A stretch of DNA of 63,223 nucleotides, the filler included, from Phoronis australis (taxonomy: Eukaryota; Animalia; Phoronida): the NCBI GenBank assembly GCA_002633005.1. It is 8 parts of 8 records of this genome, joined end to end, with 100 filler letters (N's around TTAATTAATTAA, not from the genome) between each part and the next. Parts side by side here need not be neighbours in the genome. Positions count along the whole stretch, not along the records: positions 44,421 to 54,001 come from NMRA01001804.1; positions 54,102 to 57,948 come from NMRA01002810.1; positions 58,049 to 61,729 come from NMRA01001450.1; 5 more parts are not named here. The stretch is one strand, 5' to 3'. A program made the position numbers and the translations under genes. Under the pieces are notes generated by a model, which worked only from the letters and a program-made list of their open reading frames with translations, did no database searches and was not told where the DNA came from. Each line of letters begins with the position of its first letter. Position 1 is the stretch's first letter. This document shows positions 48,132-59,670 of this stretch, in pieces.

Positions 48132-51100
48132 GTGAGTGAGTGCACGTGAGCAGACGTGAGTGAGTGCACTTGAGCAGACGTGAGTGAGTGCACTTGAGCA
48201 GACGTGAGTGAGTGCACTGGAGCAGACGTACACACAAAAGTGTGGATGTACATACAACTTGAAGATAGTAATAGTTGCATTACTAATTTGCCTTATCGTC
48301 AACAAGTTGTTGCATGTGCATGGTTATCCTTGCATATCCTTTAAGGAACTCGTAAAGTGTGGCAATGAAGACTAGGAAATTCTTAATATTTTAGGTCACA
48401 ATATAACAGACAAGTGAAATTTTGTTTAAATTTGTCAAATTTTCTTTTGTAGGTTCTGTGTTGTTGGAATGTTAATGAGATAAATATAGATTATTATATG
48501 ACGAAGTTGTTGTCCCTCGTTATCTAGAGCCTGAGTGGATTTTGGAGAATTATTGCCCGAGGGGCGTTAGCCCCGAGGGTGATAATTCTCCAAAATCCAC
48601 GAGGGCTCTAGATAATGGGGATAACGACTGAGAACATGTAATAATCTATACCACATACTGAACGAGAAACATTGCAATGAATCGATCTACCTTTCTCGAC
48701 TCACCTCGGCTTTGTAACTACTTTCTATGTCGGGCCCGGGGTCGGAGGTCGTGACCTTTTAAGAAAAGCGGAGCTATTTTTGTCAAATAATGCTTATACT
48801 TAAAACCAATTGAAAATTTAAACAAAATAGAAATAAAGTGAATATATAAATTTAGGTTTAGCAACTATTATTAAATAGCTTACTACACTTTTTATCACGC
48901 TAAGCTTCGACCGGGAAAATATCGTCTGCTAAAGTAGAGTACCAATAGTAACTGACTATAATGCTCAAGTCAAAGGATCCCGACAACACGATACCCGCAT
49001 TCAAATTGGAGATCAGTGATTTACAAGTGAGAGAGAACACGAGAGAAAAATTTCACTGAATTAAAATATCGTTTTTATGGAAATTATGCGTCTTATTTTT
49101 CATGTGTATAAATGTTGGTGCAATACCCTTTGCTGAACATGCGATTGTTGCGCGTGCTCATTTAAGTATTCTATTTTCACGTTCGATGACGTCAGTCGCT
49201 GAGTGGTGTAGTGGTAAAGTCGGCGACTCGGAACTCTTGAGGCCCGGGTTCGAATCCGGCCTTGGTTTCCCGTCAAAATGGATTATTACACGGTTGTATC
49301 TGCTACTCGAGGCTAATATTGTGGTATAATGCTTGATATTGTACAATCACTTTCATTTCTCCCTTCTACCAGGTACTTGCAGGAGACATAGAGGAAGCCA
49401 TTTGTAGTCATGCGCTCTACTATGCAATATGGCGTCGTTACAACGCCCTACCCGAGCGTTACAACTGGTACCTGAAGGCCCCGGATGTCTCCTTCTACCC
49501 ACTACGACCAGAGCTGGTGGAATCTACGTACCTCCTCTACCAAGCCACCAAGAATCCATTTTACCTGCACGTCGGCCGGGATATATTAAACAGCTTGAAT
49601 AACTACACCAAAGCGGAGTAAGTCTTATATATAACACTGGCCCAAATGAGCTCGTCATTCAATGAACGTTTTGCTTTTAATCTTAAAAGCATCCGAAAAT
49701 CCAGGTCATTGAGATCAGGGAAGACATGGCTAAAGTATAGTATACACTTGAAGTAAAGGACAGAAATCCATTTCCCTTTCATGACTTACGCCTTCAGTAA
49801 TGATGAGTCATCATGCTGATTTATGAATGGTGATGAGTCATCATGCTGATTTATGAATGGTGATGAGTCATCATGCTGATTTATGAATGGTGATGAGTCA
49901 TCATGCTGATTTATGAATGGTGATGAGTCATCATGCTGATTTATGAATGGTGATGAGTCATCATGCTGATTTATGAATGGTGATGAGTCATCATGCTGAT
50001 TTATGAATGGTGATGAGTCATCATGCTGATTTATGAATGGTGATGAGTCATCATGCTGATTTATGAATGGTGATGAGTCATCATGCTGATTTATGAATGG
50101 TGATGAGTCATCATGCTGATTTATGAATGGTGATGAGTCATCATGCTGATTTATGAATGGTGATGAGTCATCATGCTGATTTATGAATGGTGATGAGTCA
50201 TCATGCTGATTTATGAATGGTGATGAGTCATCATGCTGATTTATGAATGGTGATGAGTCATCATGCTGATTTATGAATGGTGATGAGTCATCATGCTGAT
50301 TTATGAATGGTGATGAGTCATCATGCTGATTTATGAATGGTGATGAGTCATCATGCTGATTTATGAATGGTGATGAGTCATCATGCTGATTTATGAATGG
50401 TGATGACTCATCATTACGGAGGTTCATTGCAGTTATTCTGATGATGAATCGAACTTGTACTTGAACGTCATGGCACGGTATCCTGACGTCTACGCTCTGT
50501 CGCCATGACGGGAGATTCCTGGTGATTTTGTCAGATTATTTTCAGCTTGTCCTATATTAGAAGCTTTGCTCATGAAGTTGAACCCTTTCTTTAAGTTATG
50601 GTCAACAGTTTGCTACTCCAGCCATGCTGGCCTAAGATGACTGTGAGTTTTAGACAGTGTTTTGCTAATTTGTGTAATGCAATATCAAGACTAGTTCACA
50701 ATCGTGTTAAAGTGTAATTTTATTTTATTCAAACATGCTATGATCTGAACCTTAAAGTGAAGAAAACCAAGAGCTTCAATTTTACTGAGAATCTCACAAT
50801 CCATAGGTCTGTTCATGAAGACAGGACTGTAAAATGTGCGACCAAGACAAGTAATTTAGGACCGATGGAAGTGCAGCCAAGAAGATGTTATAGATGCTTG
50901 TTTTTCTCGTTACAAGAACTGAAGGCATATAAATATCTTTAAAAAAATTTGTGTGCCCAATAAGAGTGTGTTTACTGAGAGCTTCACGCCTGGCGCGGTA
51001 AACTTGAACCAATGTCACTAATTTGATCAATGGAAAGTCGAGCACTAGAATGCAGTTGAAACGATGTTGAAAAAAATTTGCTCATGGCGTACTGTGGTCG

Positions 51101-51280
51101 CGGCGTACTGTGGTCGCGGTGTACCGTGCTCGTGACATACCGTGCTCGGGACGTACTGTGCTCATGGTATACTTGGTTTTCAGATGTGGATATGCAACTG
51201 TACATGATGTGAAGAAAAAAGATTTGGAAGATCGCATGGAGAGCTTCTTTTTGAGTGAAACATGCAAATATTTATACCTT
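48011..51280 (+). CDS. EDEM1: ER degradation-enhancing alpha-mannosidase-like protein 1 (glycoside hydrolase family 47), partial gene with 3 internal exons
   Basis: Exons 48011-48131, 49373-49617 and 51184-51280 join in phase to give [107 protein letters not shown]. These are GH47 motifs with EDEM1-type residues. Confidence 0.96.
48132..48229 (+). repeat. 24-bp minisatellite x4 starting exactly at an EDEM1 5' splice site
   Basis: (GTGAGTGAGTGCACNNGAGCAGAC)x4. Confidence 0.96.
48486..49329. mobile_element. Palindrome-headed non-autonomous element (possibly Crypton-like) in an EDEM1 intron
   Basis: About 165-bp imperfect palindrome at 48486-48651 centred on GCCCGAGGGGC-GTTA-GCCCCGAGGGT, then a body bounded by TATACCACA / TGTGGTATA. 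Family assignment is inference. Confidence 0.55.
49197..49268 (+). pseudogene. tRNA-like sequence (pseudo-tRNA / SINE-type head)
   Basis: A box TGGTGTAGTGG, B box GGTTCGAATCC with a T-arm-like stem; the anticodon stem does not pair. Confidence 0.6.
49373..49617 (+). CDS. EDEM1: EDEM1 exon ([11 protein letters not shown]...[12 protein letters not shown]...YTKA)
   Basis: taccag / gtaagt boundaries, 245 nt open frame. Confidence 0.96.
49801..50414 (+). repeat. 30-bp minisatellite (TGATGAGTCATCATGCTGATTTATGAATGG)x20 plus a partial unit, in an EDEM1 intron
   Basis: Twenty identical units at 49801-50400, then TGATGACTCATCAT. Confidence 0.98.
51081..51176 (+). repeat. Diverged 16-bp minisatellite x6 abutting an EDEM1 3' splice site
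   Basis: CTCATGGCGTACTGTG / GTCGCGGCGTACTGTG / GTCGCGGTGTACCGTG / CTCGTGACATACCGTG / CTCGGGACGTACTGTG / CTCATGGTATACTTGG, then TTTTCAG. Confidence 0.9.
51184..51280 (+). CDS. EDEM1: EDEM1 exon (CGYATVHDV...[18 protein letters not shown])
   Basis: tttcag / gtaagt boundaries, 97 nt. Confidence 0.96.
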
Positions 51281-51419
51281 GTAAGTTTTTGTTCTGGTGT
51301 TACTTTGATTGACCACTCATGTTTGGGCCACCTGCAAAAGCAGTGATTCGAGTAGTCATTATTAATCAACGGGAGTTTCAGTTAAAATTTTCTTTGTTTA
51401 AAAACATTGTTTTTTTAGG

Positions 51420-51425
<6 letters not shown>

Positions 51426-51453
<28 letters not shown>
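51426..51453 (+). repeat. (CA)n microsatellite near the LINE 3' end
   Basis: Direct reading. Confidence 0.95.
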
Positions 51454-51457
<4 letters not shown>

Positions 51458-51536
51458 TATATCTAAATAATAGAACTTCACGGTTGATCTAATCTAAATA
51501 GGTATTGAGGGTTTCCCAAAAGGCAGTTTGACGGGG

Positions 51537-54001
51537 TTATATATTTCTTACTTTACAATAATTATACAGGAAACATTGAACTTGTGAATATCTTGCAATA
51601 ATCTGGTCTCTAGAACATTTATGAATGAAATACTGGCAAATAGTTAATATGGTATTGATATCTTCAAAATTACATCCAAAATGTGCTGTCAAAATAACAT
51701 TTTTATCTAAGATTAAATCGTGTTGTGCAGCTACGTAAATTAAAAGTTTCTGAATTTCACACCACACAGTTTTCACAGAACCACATTCCGCAAACATATG
51801 GTTAAATGTCTCAACAGTTCCACAAGATGCACACTTGTCATCACTGGCTAAGTTCATCTTTTTCAAATTAAATTTTGTAAACACCTTTTTTATGAAATTT
51901 AATGAAGAAATATTTAAAAGTTTTAACATCAGAAGGTAACAAGAGTTTGTGTGGAAGAACATAAATTTGTTTAATTCTTGTCTAGAGTAAATATCGGTTA
52001 AGCTGTACTCTATATCAGGAGGCGAAACAGTTTTGGAAAGCAAAATATTTCTAGAAAACACATTTATTTAGTAAATTTGGCTCGACTGGAGATGTATGTA
52101 CATTGAAATCAAAGGATCAGCTTTCAACTTAATCGCACGTCTCAAAAAAGCATAATGAATCCAATTTGAAAGCTTATATCTATTTTTCAAAATTTAAAAG
52201 ATCCTTCACAAAAATAATACCATCCTCAAAGAAACTATTAAAGAATACAGTCCTCCTATTAATCAATATGTTTTTGTTATTCCACACTGCTGGGTTTACA
52301 ATTGTTATGTCCTTATGTAAATGAGCACTAATTTCTTCCCAAGCAATCGAGATGTCAAGATAGAAGGTATTAATATTTGCAAGAGACAGCAAATTACAAT
52401 CATAATTTGATTTAAAGATCAAAATACCTCCATATGTTTTGAAAACATACCCTGGAAACACTTTGAAAACTTCATTGTTTCCATCTAAGCAACGCGTAAC
52501 CCACCTAACTAGTAATGACTTGTACATAATATTTATATCAGGAACTGACAAACCACCATTTTCATGGGTATTTAAAGCCACATTTTTTTTCTAATTCTAG
52601 GTGGTTTATTTTGCAAATTTTTTTATCATAGTATTTATCTTAGCTCTGCATTTGCTGTCAATTCCTAAATTGCTCATAACATAAATTAATTTAGACAGCG
52701 CAAATGTTTTAATTACATTGATCCTTCCTAACAATGAAATATTGCGACTTTTCCAGATATTAAGAGTCTTTTTAAAGGACTTAATTTTGAGTTCAAAATT
52801 TAAAAAATCATTTTCTTTTTTTGTTATGACAAAAAATATTCCCAGACTCTTGATTGGTTTGCCAGTCCACTTGAAGCCATAAAGTGATTCAGAACACTCT
52901 TTTTCTCGACCTAAATATAACCCTTCGCATTTCTTAATATTCAGCTGGAGACCAGAGAGTAAACCAAAATGTTCTAAAAATTTTAGACAATTCATGCCAG
53001 AATTTTTGTCATGAAGAAATAAGGTAGTGTCATCTGCATACTAGAGAATTTTAACTTCAGTTTTCTCAACATTTATGCCTTTAATGAAATTACACTTTCG
53101 TATATAATTAGCCATCACTTCAACAGCTAGGCAAAATAATGGACCCGACAATGAATCACCCTGTCTTACACCTCTTTCTAAATGAAAATAATCTGTTGTA
53201 AAACCATTATTGACAACATAAGCAGTTGGTTTATTATAGATTATTTCTACCCATCATGTAAAACCCTGTCCAAAATTAAAAGCCTTCACAGCTTGAAAAA
53301 TAAAGTCCCATTTTATTGTGTCATACGCCTTGCAAAAGTCCAAAAATAAAATGTGTCCTTGACCATCAGTAATGTTTGTATAAGAAATTATATCCTGAAT
53401 GATACGAATATCGTATCCTATATATCGTCCTTTAACAGCTGTTTGACTTGGGTGAAGCAGTTTTCTCATGATATTATTTATACGGGCTGTAAGAACTTTT
53501 GTAAGTATTTTATAATCAGTATTCAATGGAGATATTGAACGCCAATTATCCAAGTACTGGAGCTCGACATCATCTTTTGACTTGGGGAGGAGCGTTATTG
53601 CTCCTTGCCTCTGTGACGTAGATAATTCCCCCACTGAAAAACTATATTAAAAAACTTCAAATAAAGAGATTTTAACTTCATGCCAGAAACATTTATAAAA
53701 TTCATATGTTAGCCTGTCATTTCCTGGAGACTTATTATTTTTACAAGTTTTTAAAATGCATAAAATTCACCCTCTCTTAAAGGTTCATCCAGTTCTTCAA
53801 AATCACTGGGTGGTACATCACTGGCGATATTAAATAAATCTAGTATAGTGGATGGTGTTTCCATTTGACAATCTGTGAAAACAGACGAGTAATAATGAGT
53901 CAATTCTGACCTGATTTCAGCATGGTCTCTTATCAAGAGCCCATCTTTTTTTAAGGATACTTATACACTTTTTCTTAAAATTTCTTTTCTCCAATGAGGC
54001 A
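51537..54001 (-). mobile_element. Degraded Tx1/L1-clade LINE ORF2 (reverse transcriptase plus C-terminal zinc finger), antisense within an EDEM1 intron, truncated by the scaffold end
   Basis: Broken minus-strand frames give KSPG.D..YEFYK.FW, SQRQGAITLLPK, NWRSISPLNTDYKILTK, FLDFCKAYD, GVRQGD, *YADDTTLF, SGLQLNIKK, SLLGRINVIKTFALSKL, GGLSVPD and CASCGTVETFNHMFAEC. Multiple stops and frameshifts. Confidence 0.93.
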
Positions 54002-57000
54002 NNNNNNNNNNNNNNNNNNNNNNNNNNNNNNNNNNNNNNNNNNNNTTAATTAATTAANNNNNNNNNNNNNNNNNNNNNNNNNNNNNNNNNNNNNNNNNNN
54101 NCCTGTCCGATCCCGGGGGTTCCTTTTTTAAAGGTCGGGGTCCGTGTTTTTCGGGGTGGTTAACTACTTTGAAGGTGCGGGAGTCTGTTATCGACTCCGA
54201 GATATCTGTTTTCCGCGGGGTTCCTGTTTCGATGGAACACCCTGTTATTAATGCCATAAAATGGTCGAAAGATGGCGCCAAATACATCGAAGCCCTACGA
54301 AAATGGGAAATCGTTGTCGTCACAGTCTAGAAATAACTGGGGTGTGAATGGACGTGGACAATTTTGCGCCGCAATTATTAAGTATTAAACTGAATATCAT
54401 TTTTACCACTTAGAAGAGCCATATTGTAATAATCGTGTAACTGTAGGAGACAACGACAGGTTCACCGTGGCTGGTTTCAATTTCAGTAGAGGTTGTGCCA
54501 TACGCGCCGACTATGTACGGAAAATTACTGATACATGAATTTTTCGATTGAAAAAACACGTACACATAGTATAAAACCGGCTGTACATCTGGAGCAAGTT
54601 TTCGGATATACGTTACACTTGTTTGCGTGACTTTCCTGTTACCCCCTTTCTTTAGTCATTCTTTGCAGTATTTCACACCCGCCGTGTCCCACTGTGTATG
54701 TCTTCAGCTTATGCTCTGTGGTGGCATTACTGCGTCATTTTATGTTCACTTGAGAATGAAACAACTATGTTTCGAAATATCGTGTGCGTTTTAATTATGT
54801 CGCTAGGTCAGTTACTTCATCTATGTTCCGTTGAGAGTAGATTTTTATTCCAAATATATGAACGAAACGGAATAAAGACTGTCAAAAATGTAAATTGTCG
54901 TGACTTCAATCAATTCTGTATAATATAAAAATACTAATAATTTCAAAAATTTACGTTACTCTCGTTTAAATTTGATTGATTTCAGTTAATAGTTAACCTA
55001 TTTTTAAAAATTGAATATCCAACTGCTTGTGAGATTTTTCTATGAGGAAAGCAACGTAAAATTCCTTTCTCGAAAATTATCATTTTATATTCTTTTAGTT
55101 GTTCTCCAGCTATTACGCCGGGTCGCTTACCACTGCTAAAAACCCGAAAAGAAAGCCTCGCCAACTCTATCAATAGATCACTCCTGGGCACCTGAGAGAT
55201 TGGAGCCAATTTTGTGATAGTGCTCTAGGGTTAAATTGCACCAATTTATGTAGGAATGAATACAAACGTGGACCCATATATTGTAATATGAGAAACGTTG
55301 AGGGTTTTTGCTGACCGATTCTCTGTGGAAATAATGGGGAGATTAAAAAGCACCGAGACCAGGAGTGGTAATCGTTCAGCGATAGCCGTCCGTTCATACT
55401 GTGTATGAAAAGGCCCTTCAGCCTCTCCTTAATACCACGCAGAGAAGCGTTTACCACAAGTAATNNNNNNNNNNNNNNNNNNNNNNNNNNNNNNNNNNNN
55501 NNNNNNNNNNNNNNNNNNNNNNNNNNNNNNNNNNNNNNNNNNNNNNNNNNNNNNNNNNNNNNNNNNNNNNNNNNNNNNNNNNNNNNNNNNNNNNNNNNNN
55601 NNNNNNNNNNNNNNNNNNNNNNNNNNNNNNNNNNNNNNNNNNNNNNNNNNNNNNNNNNNNNNNNNNNNNNNNNNNNNNNNNNNNNNNNNNNNNNNNNNNN
55701 NNNNNNNNNNNNNNNNNNNNNNNNNNNNNNNNNNNNNNNNNNNNNNNNNNNNNNNNNNNNNNNNNNNNNNNNNNNNNNNNNNNNNNNNNNNNNNNNNNNN
55801 NNNNNNNNNNNNNNNNNNNNNNNNNNNNNNNNNNNNNNNNNNNNNNNNNNNNNNNNNNNNNNNNNCCGGGCCCCCTGGGCCCCCCCTAAATCCGCCAATG
55901 GCTTTTACTGTCGGTGGGTTTCTTAGTTCTCGCGATCAAAGCGTCACCAGCAACCATCACTGCAATGTCCAGGAGGTGGATTTTTTCAAAAAGAAATTTA
56001 CTAGACGTATGGATGTGGATGATGGCGTTGTTAAGTAGGTACATAGTGCTAATTCTACGTGTTGGGAAAAATAAATGTAGACAAGGGCAAGGACTGAGGT
56101 GGTAATGACTTGAAAGGGTCTCCCCACACTGAACCATAAATTTACTTGTCGTATTGTCGTCAGTATTTTTATTGTACTTCTCCGGGCTCGTACGTTTACA
56201 TAATAAACCCCAGTACGCCGCAATAGTATTTTGAAGTACGTATTCTATGAATAGCCCCGAGGTCTAATCTTTGTACTCAATATCAATATCGAAGTTATTT
56301 TTGCCATTTCCTATTCTAGTTTTGTGGGAACTCAAGACAAGTGTGTATTATTCTGTGCTCGAGTAAATTATGGTTTAGGTATATGAGTTTCTAATCAAAG
56401 TTCGCACTTAATGACCAATATACTCGAGCTACAATCTCGAGTAAAAACTCTAATTTTTAAGCCAGACTCGAACTCTTAGGCTAAATGCTGGAGTCATCAA
56501 GTGCAAACTAGAGTTATAGAATGATTCACGCAAGTCCTTGGGAACTGGAGCATAGAAAGATATACACTCGTTTTGAGTTAGCAGAAAAGCAGAATAGAAA
56601 ATGTTAAAAAATTAGACCCAATATACAGGGCGCGACCTTTGAACTCGAAATTGAACTCGAATTTATTCTTAACGTTTCACGTTCTACTTTTGTGCAAGCA
56701 CAAGATAAGAGACTATTATTTCTTGCTCGAGTACATTTCGAGTCGGTATCTCGAATACCAGGGGTCCTAAATGCAAACTTTGAAAAGACACCTTCTTCGT
56801 AAATCTGCAATATACTGGAGCACACAAAAATAGACACTTCTCGTATGTTAAATCCATACTAAAGTAGCACTTAAAAAGTTTTTTTAATTTTATTACGAAA
56901 TCTTCAGAATACCATGAATATACATAACCCAGAAAGCGCCGAGAGGCATTAGTCACAAACCAGTAATTTCGTGTTCGACTTCGCTGAGCCCAGACGTAGT

Positions 57001-59039
57001 CCCCCACACGGTAACGATTTCAAGTTACTCTAGCACTTATATAAACCATGTCCTGGTGATAAAACTGACATTTCTTCACAGACATGTTTGCGCAATATTA
57101 TTCCTTTGTTTGGGTCGAAATTGGCTGCAAAGCATGAAATTGCCTGCTATTACTGTGCCGTATCCATGCTGCCTTGGCGACTGACACTAACCCGCCGCGC
57201 CTGATAAAAAATGAGCCTGGTCTGATCAAAGCAAAACGACCCGCCGTTCGTCTCGAACCTAAAAGCCATTTCTAATTTCTTACACAAAATGGCACAAGAC
57301 GAGACCCATTTCATAACAATTAATGGTCAAAATATCAAGATGTTTGTCTGAGAAAACGCTCAACATCAACGCATTACTGGATACCGCCAAAATATAAGCA
57401 CGCAGTTAAAAGTCGTACAGAACAAAAGCAAGTAAAATATTTTTGGTGCAATGGAAATCAATTTTCAAATTAGCGATACAGGTACACGGAGCACTAAACA
57501 ATATTCATTCAAATGTCAGCGCTCATAACCCTTGGCTATTCAAGGCATGCTCACCAAAGGGAACAATGCACCACTATTTGAGCGCGGTTAAAAAATCCTT
57601 TGAGTTGGATAATTGTGTTAAGATACGCCAGGTAAACTTCGCTGTGTAAACAATCAGGGAGTAGGCAAACACACTCAGCCACGTTATCAACAAGCCTTCG
57701 CACTTGTTACAGACGTCCGTGATATGATACAGGTGAGAGCAATAAACGTACATGAATGAAGTAGGTTTTAGCGCCTCTGCATTGCCAGTAGATCACTTGC
57801 TGACAGGAAGCGAAACACGCCAGATCTGACATACGAGCGTGTTTAATGTCGTGTTGAACCGTTAATGATACGGAGCTTTAGCAACGGCATCTTTAGGAAC
57901 GGAGGACTTATGTAGTAGTATAATCTCAATACGGAGGCTACGGCGGTCNNNNNNNNNNNNNNNNNNNNNNNNNNNNNNNNNNNNNNNNNNNNTTAATTAA
58001 TTAANNNNNNNNNNNNNNNNNNNNNNNNNNNNNNNNNNNNNNNNNNNNCCCCCACTTTTTTCAGTGCTACGCTGCACGTGGTCTATAGGCGATGCACCAC
58101 AGGGGGGCTGAGGGGCTTTAGCCCCCACTTTTTCCAGTGCTGCGCCGCCCACTGTTTGTCTCGTCTCCGATCATGTCCTGTTTACTCTCAGTCAACGTGC
58201 CGCCTGTTCAGATTCGCAGCAATGTCATTCAAAAAATAAGGCTGAGGCTACTGCAGCAGACGGTTGCTACAGTTTTCTACTTTGTGGGTTAGGACAATAT
58301 CAGTGAAGTAATGGTTCAGATTTACCAGCGCTCAGCTGAATTGTGACTGACATAAAATGCAAATTATGAAGAATCCAAGTATTTTTGTTTGATCTATTGT
58401 AAGTAGTCGTGATTATATTTTGGGCTAGAGTAGTGTTCCCAGATTCCATTTACATATATGTCTGGTATTTACTGGCGATCCGCATTTTCCGACTAGTTTG
58501 CGGATTTAGTTCCATTCCAAAGCCTTCAAACACATGTGAGTGCAACTGACATGAAAATAGTTACGAACTGCCAGCCAGCCCATGGCATGGCTAATGAGAA
58601 ACCATCTACATGCATCGAATTTTCCTACGTACGTGTTTTATAGTATACACAACCACTTGCCCTTGCTTTGCAAGGTAAAGAAAATATCTATGTGTACTTC
58701 TCTCGTAAATTCTCGTTTCTATAATACTCGTGACATTTGCCGCCTTTTAGATGTAAATGTTGAATTTTTAACCGACAAGCGCTCACTCTTATGAATGAAA
58801 GCAAATGTCGAGAATCAACCAAAGCTGAGTAATTTCTTTGTTTTTCCATTTCAAATTCAAAGGATTGTGTGTGAAAATTCATAAGAAATAGACGTACGGA
58901 CATTATTAGCGAAGATCTCTGAAATTGCCGCATCAGTAAAGGCACCGTTGACAAAATAATCTAAATGCCCCACATTTGGTGTTATTTTAACTGTTTTCTG
59001 CAAGAATTCCAACCATTTCAGCACATATTTAGCCTCGGG

Positions 59040-59670
59040 ATATTGACAAAATTTCCAAAAGGGTTTTCCCATGTCCTAAACCTGAGACTCGTGTAGCATT
59101 TGCTTTCTCACATAAAGTGTAAAAAAGATCTTTTTGCTGAACAACTCGACGTGTCTAAAACTTTTGTAAAAACACGCTTGCGCAATGTAAAGTAAATCAG
59201 TTACTTTTTTGTTAATAGGTTAAGCTTAACAATTGTAAATTGCATTGAGCTTTCGTAGCAAATATTCAAGTTAGAATGTAATAAATAGTCTTTAAATTTA
59301 TAATATTAAAACTTAAAAAATACTTATGAATAAGTCAACAAGGCTTCCCCGCGCGTGAGCACTGAATTGACCTTCACACAGCACAGCTAGATAATCTCGC
59401 CGCGTTTCTCGAGTTGCGGCTCGTCTCCGTTTGATTGAACGTGGATATGGAATTCGCCGCCGAAGATGGGTCCGTTTAAGAAGTTGTTTGCTTGTTCTTC
59501 CAAATGGGAGTACGTACATGTACAGTTGCGATACCAGATTGTCCAGTCATAGTCTTGTCACCTTCTCAGAATTCCGGCATTCTTTTGTTGGTTTTTTTAG
59601 TGTTTTGCAGACGATGAAATGTAAGGCGTATAGATTTGTACAACTTTGCACTACTTAGTGATTTGCCCAT
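59040..59670 (+). repeat. Copy of the repeat family at 16540-17250
   Basis: Collinear similarity over about 630 bp. Confidence 0.88.

Noticed and set aside
49197-49268. Functional tRNA gene
   Set aside because: The anticodon stem cannot pair and the acceptor stem relies on several G-U pairs; kept only as tRNA-like.
49801-50414. CRISPR-like array (30-bp palindromic repeat)
   Set aside because: No spacers, no cas genes, eukaryotic intron.
49786-50427. 213-aa minus-strand ORF ([10 protein letters not shown])n
   Set aside because: By-product of a stop-free frame in a 30-bp minisatellite inside an EDEM1 intron; no sign of a gene.
55170-55926. Long ORFs of 242 and 173 aa
   Set aside because: Mostly translated N gap (55465-55865).
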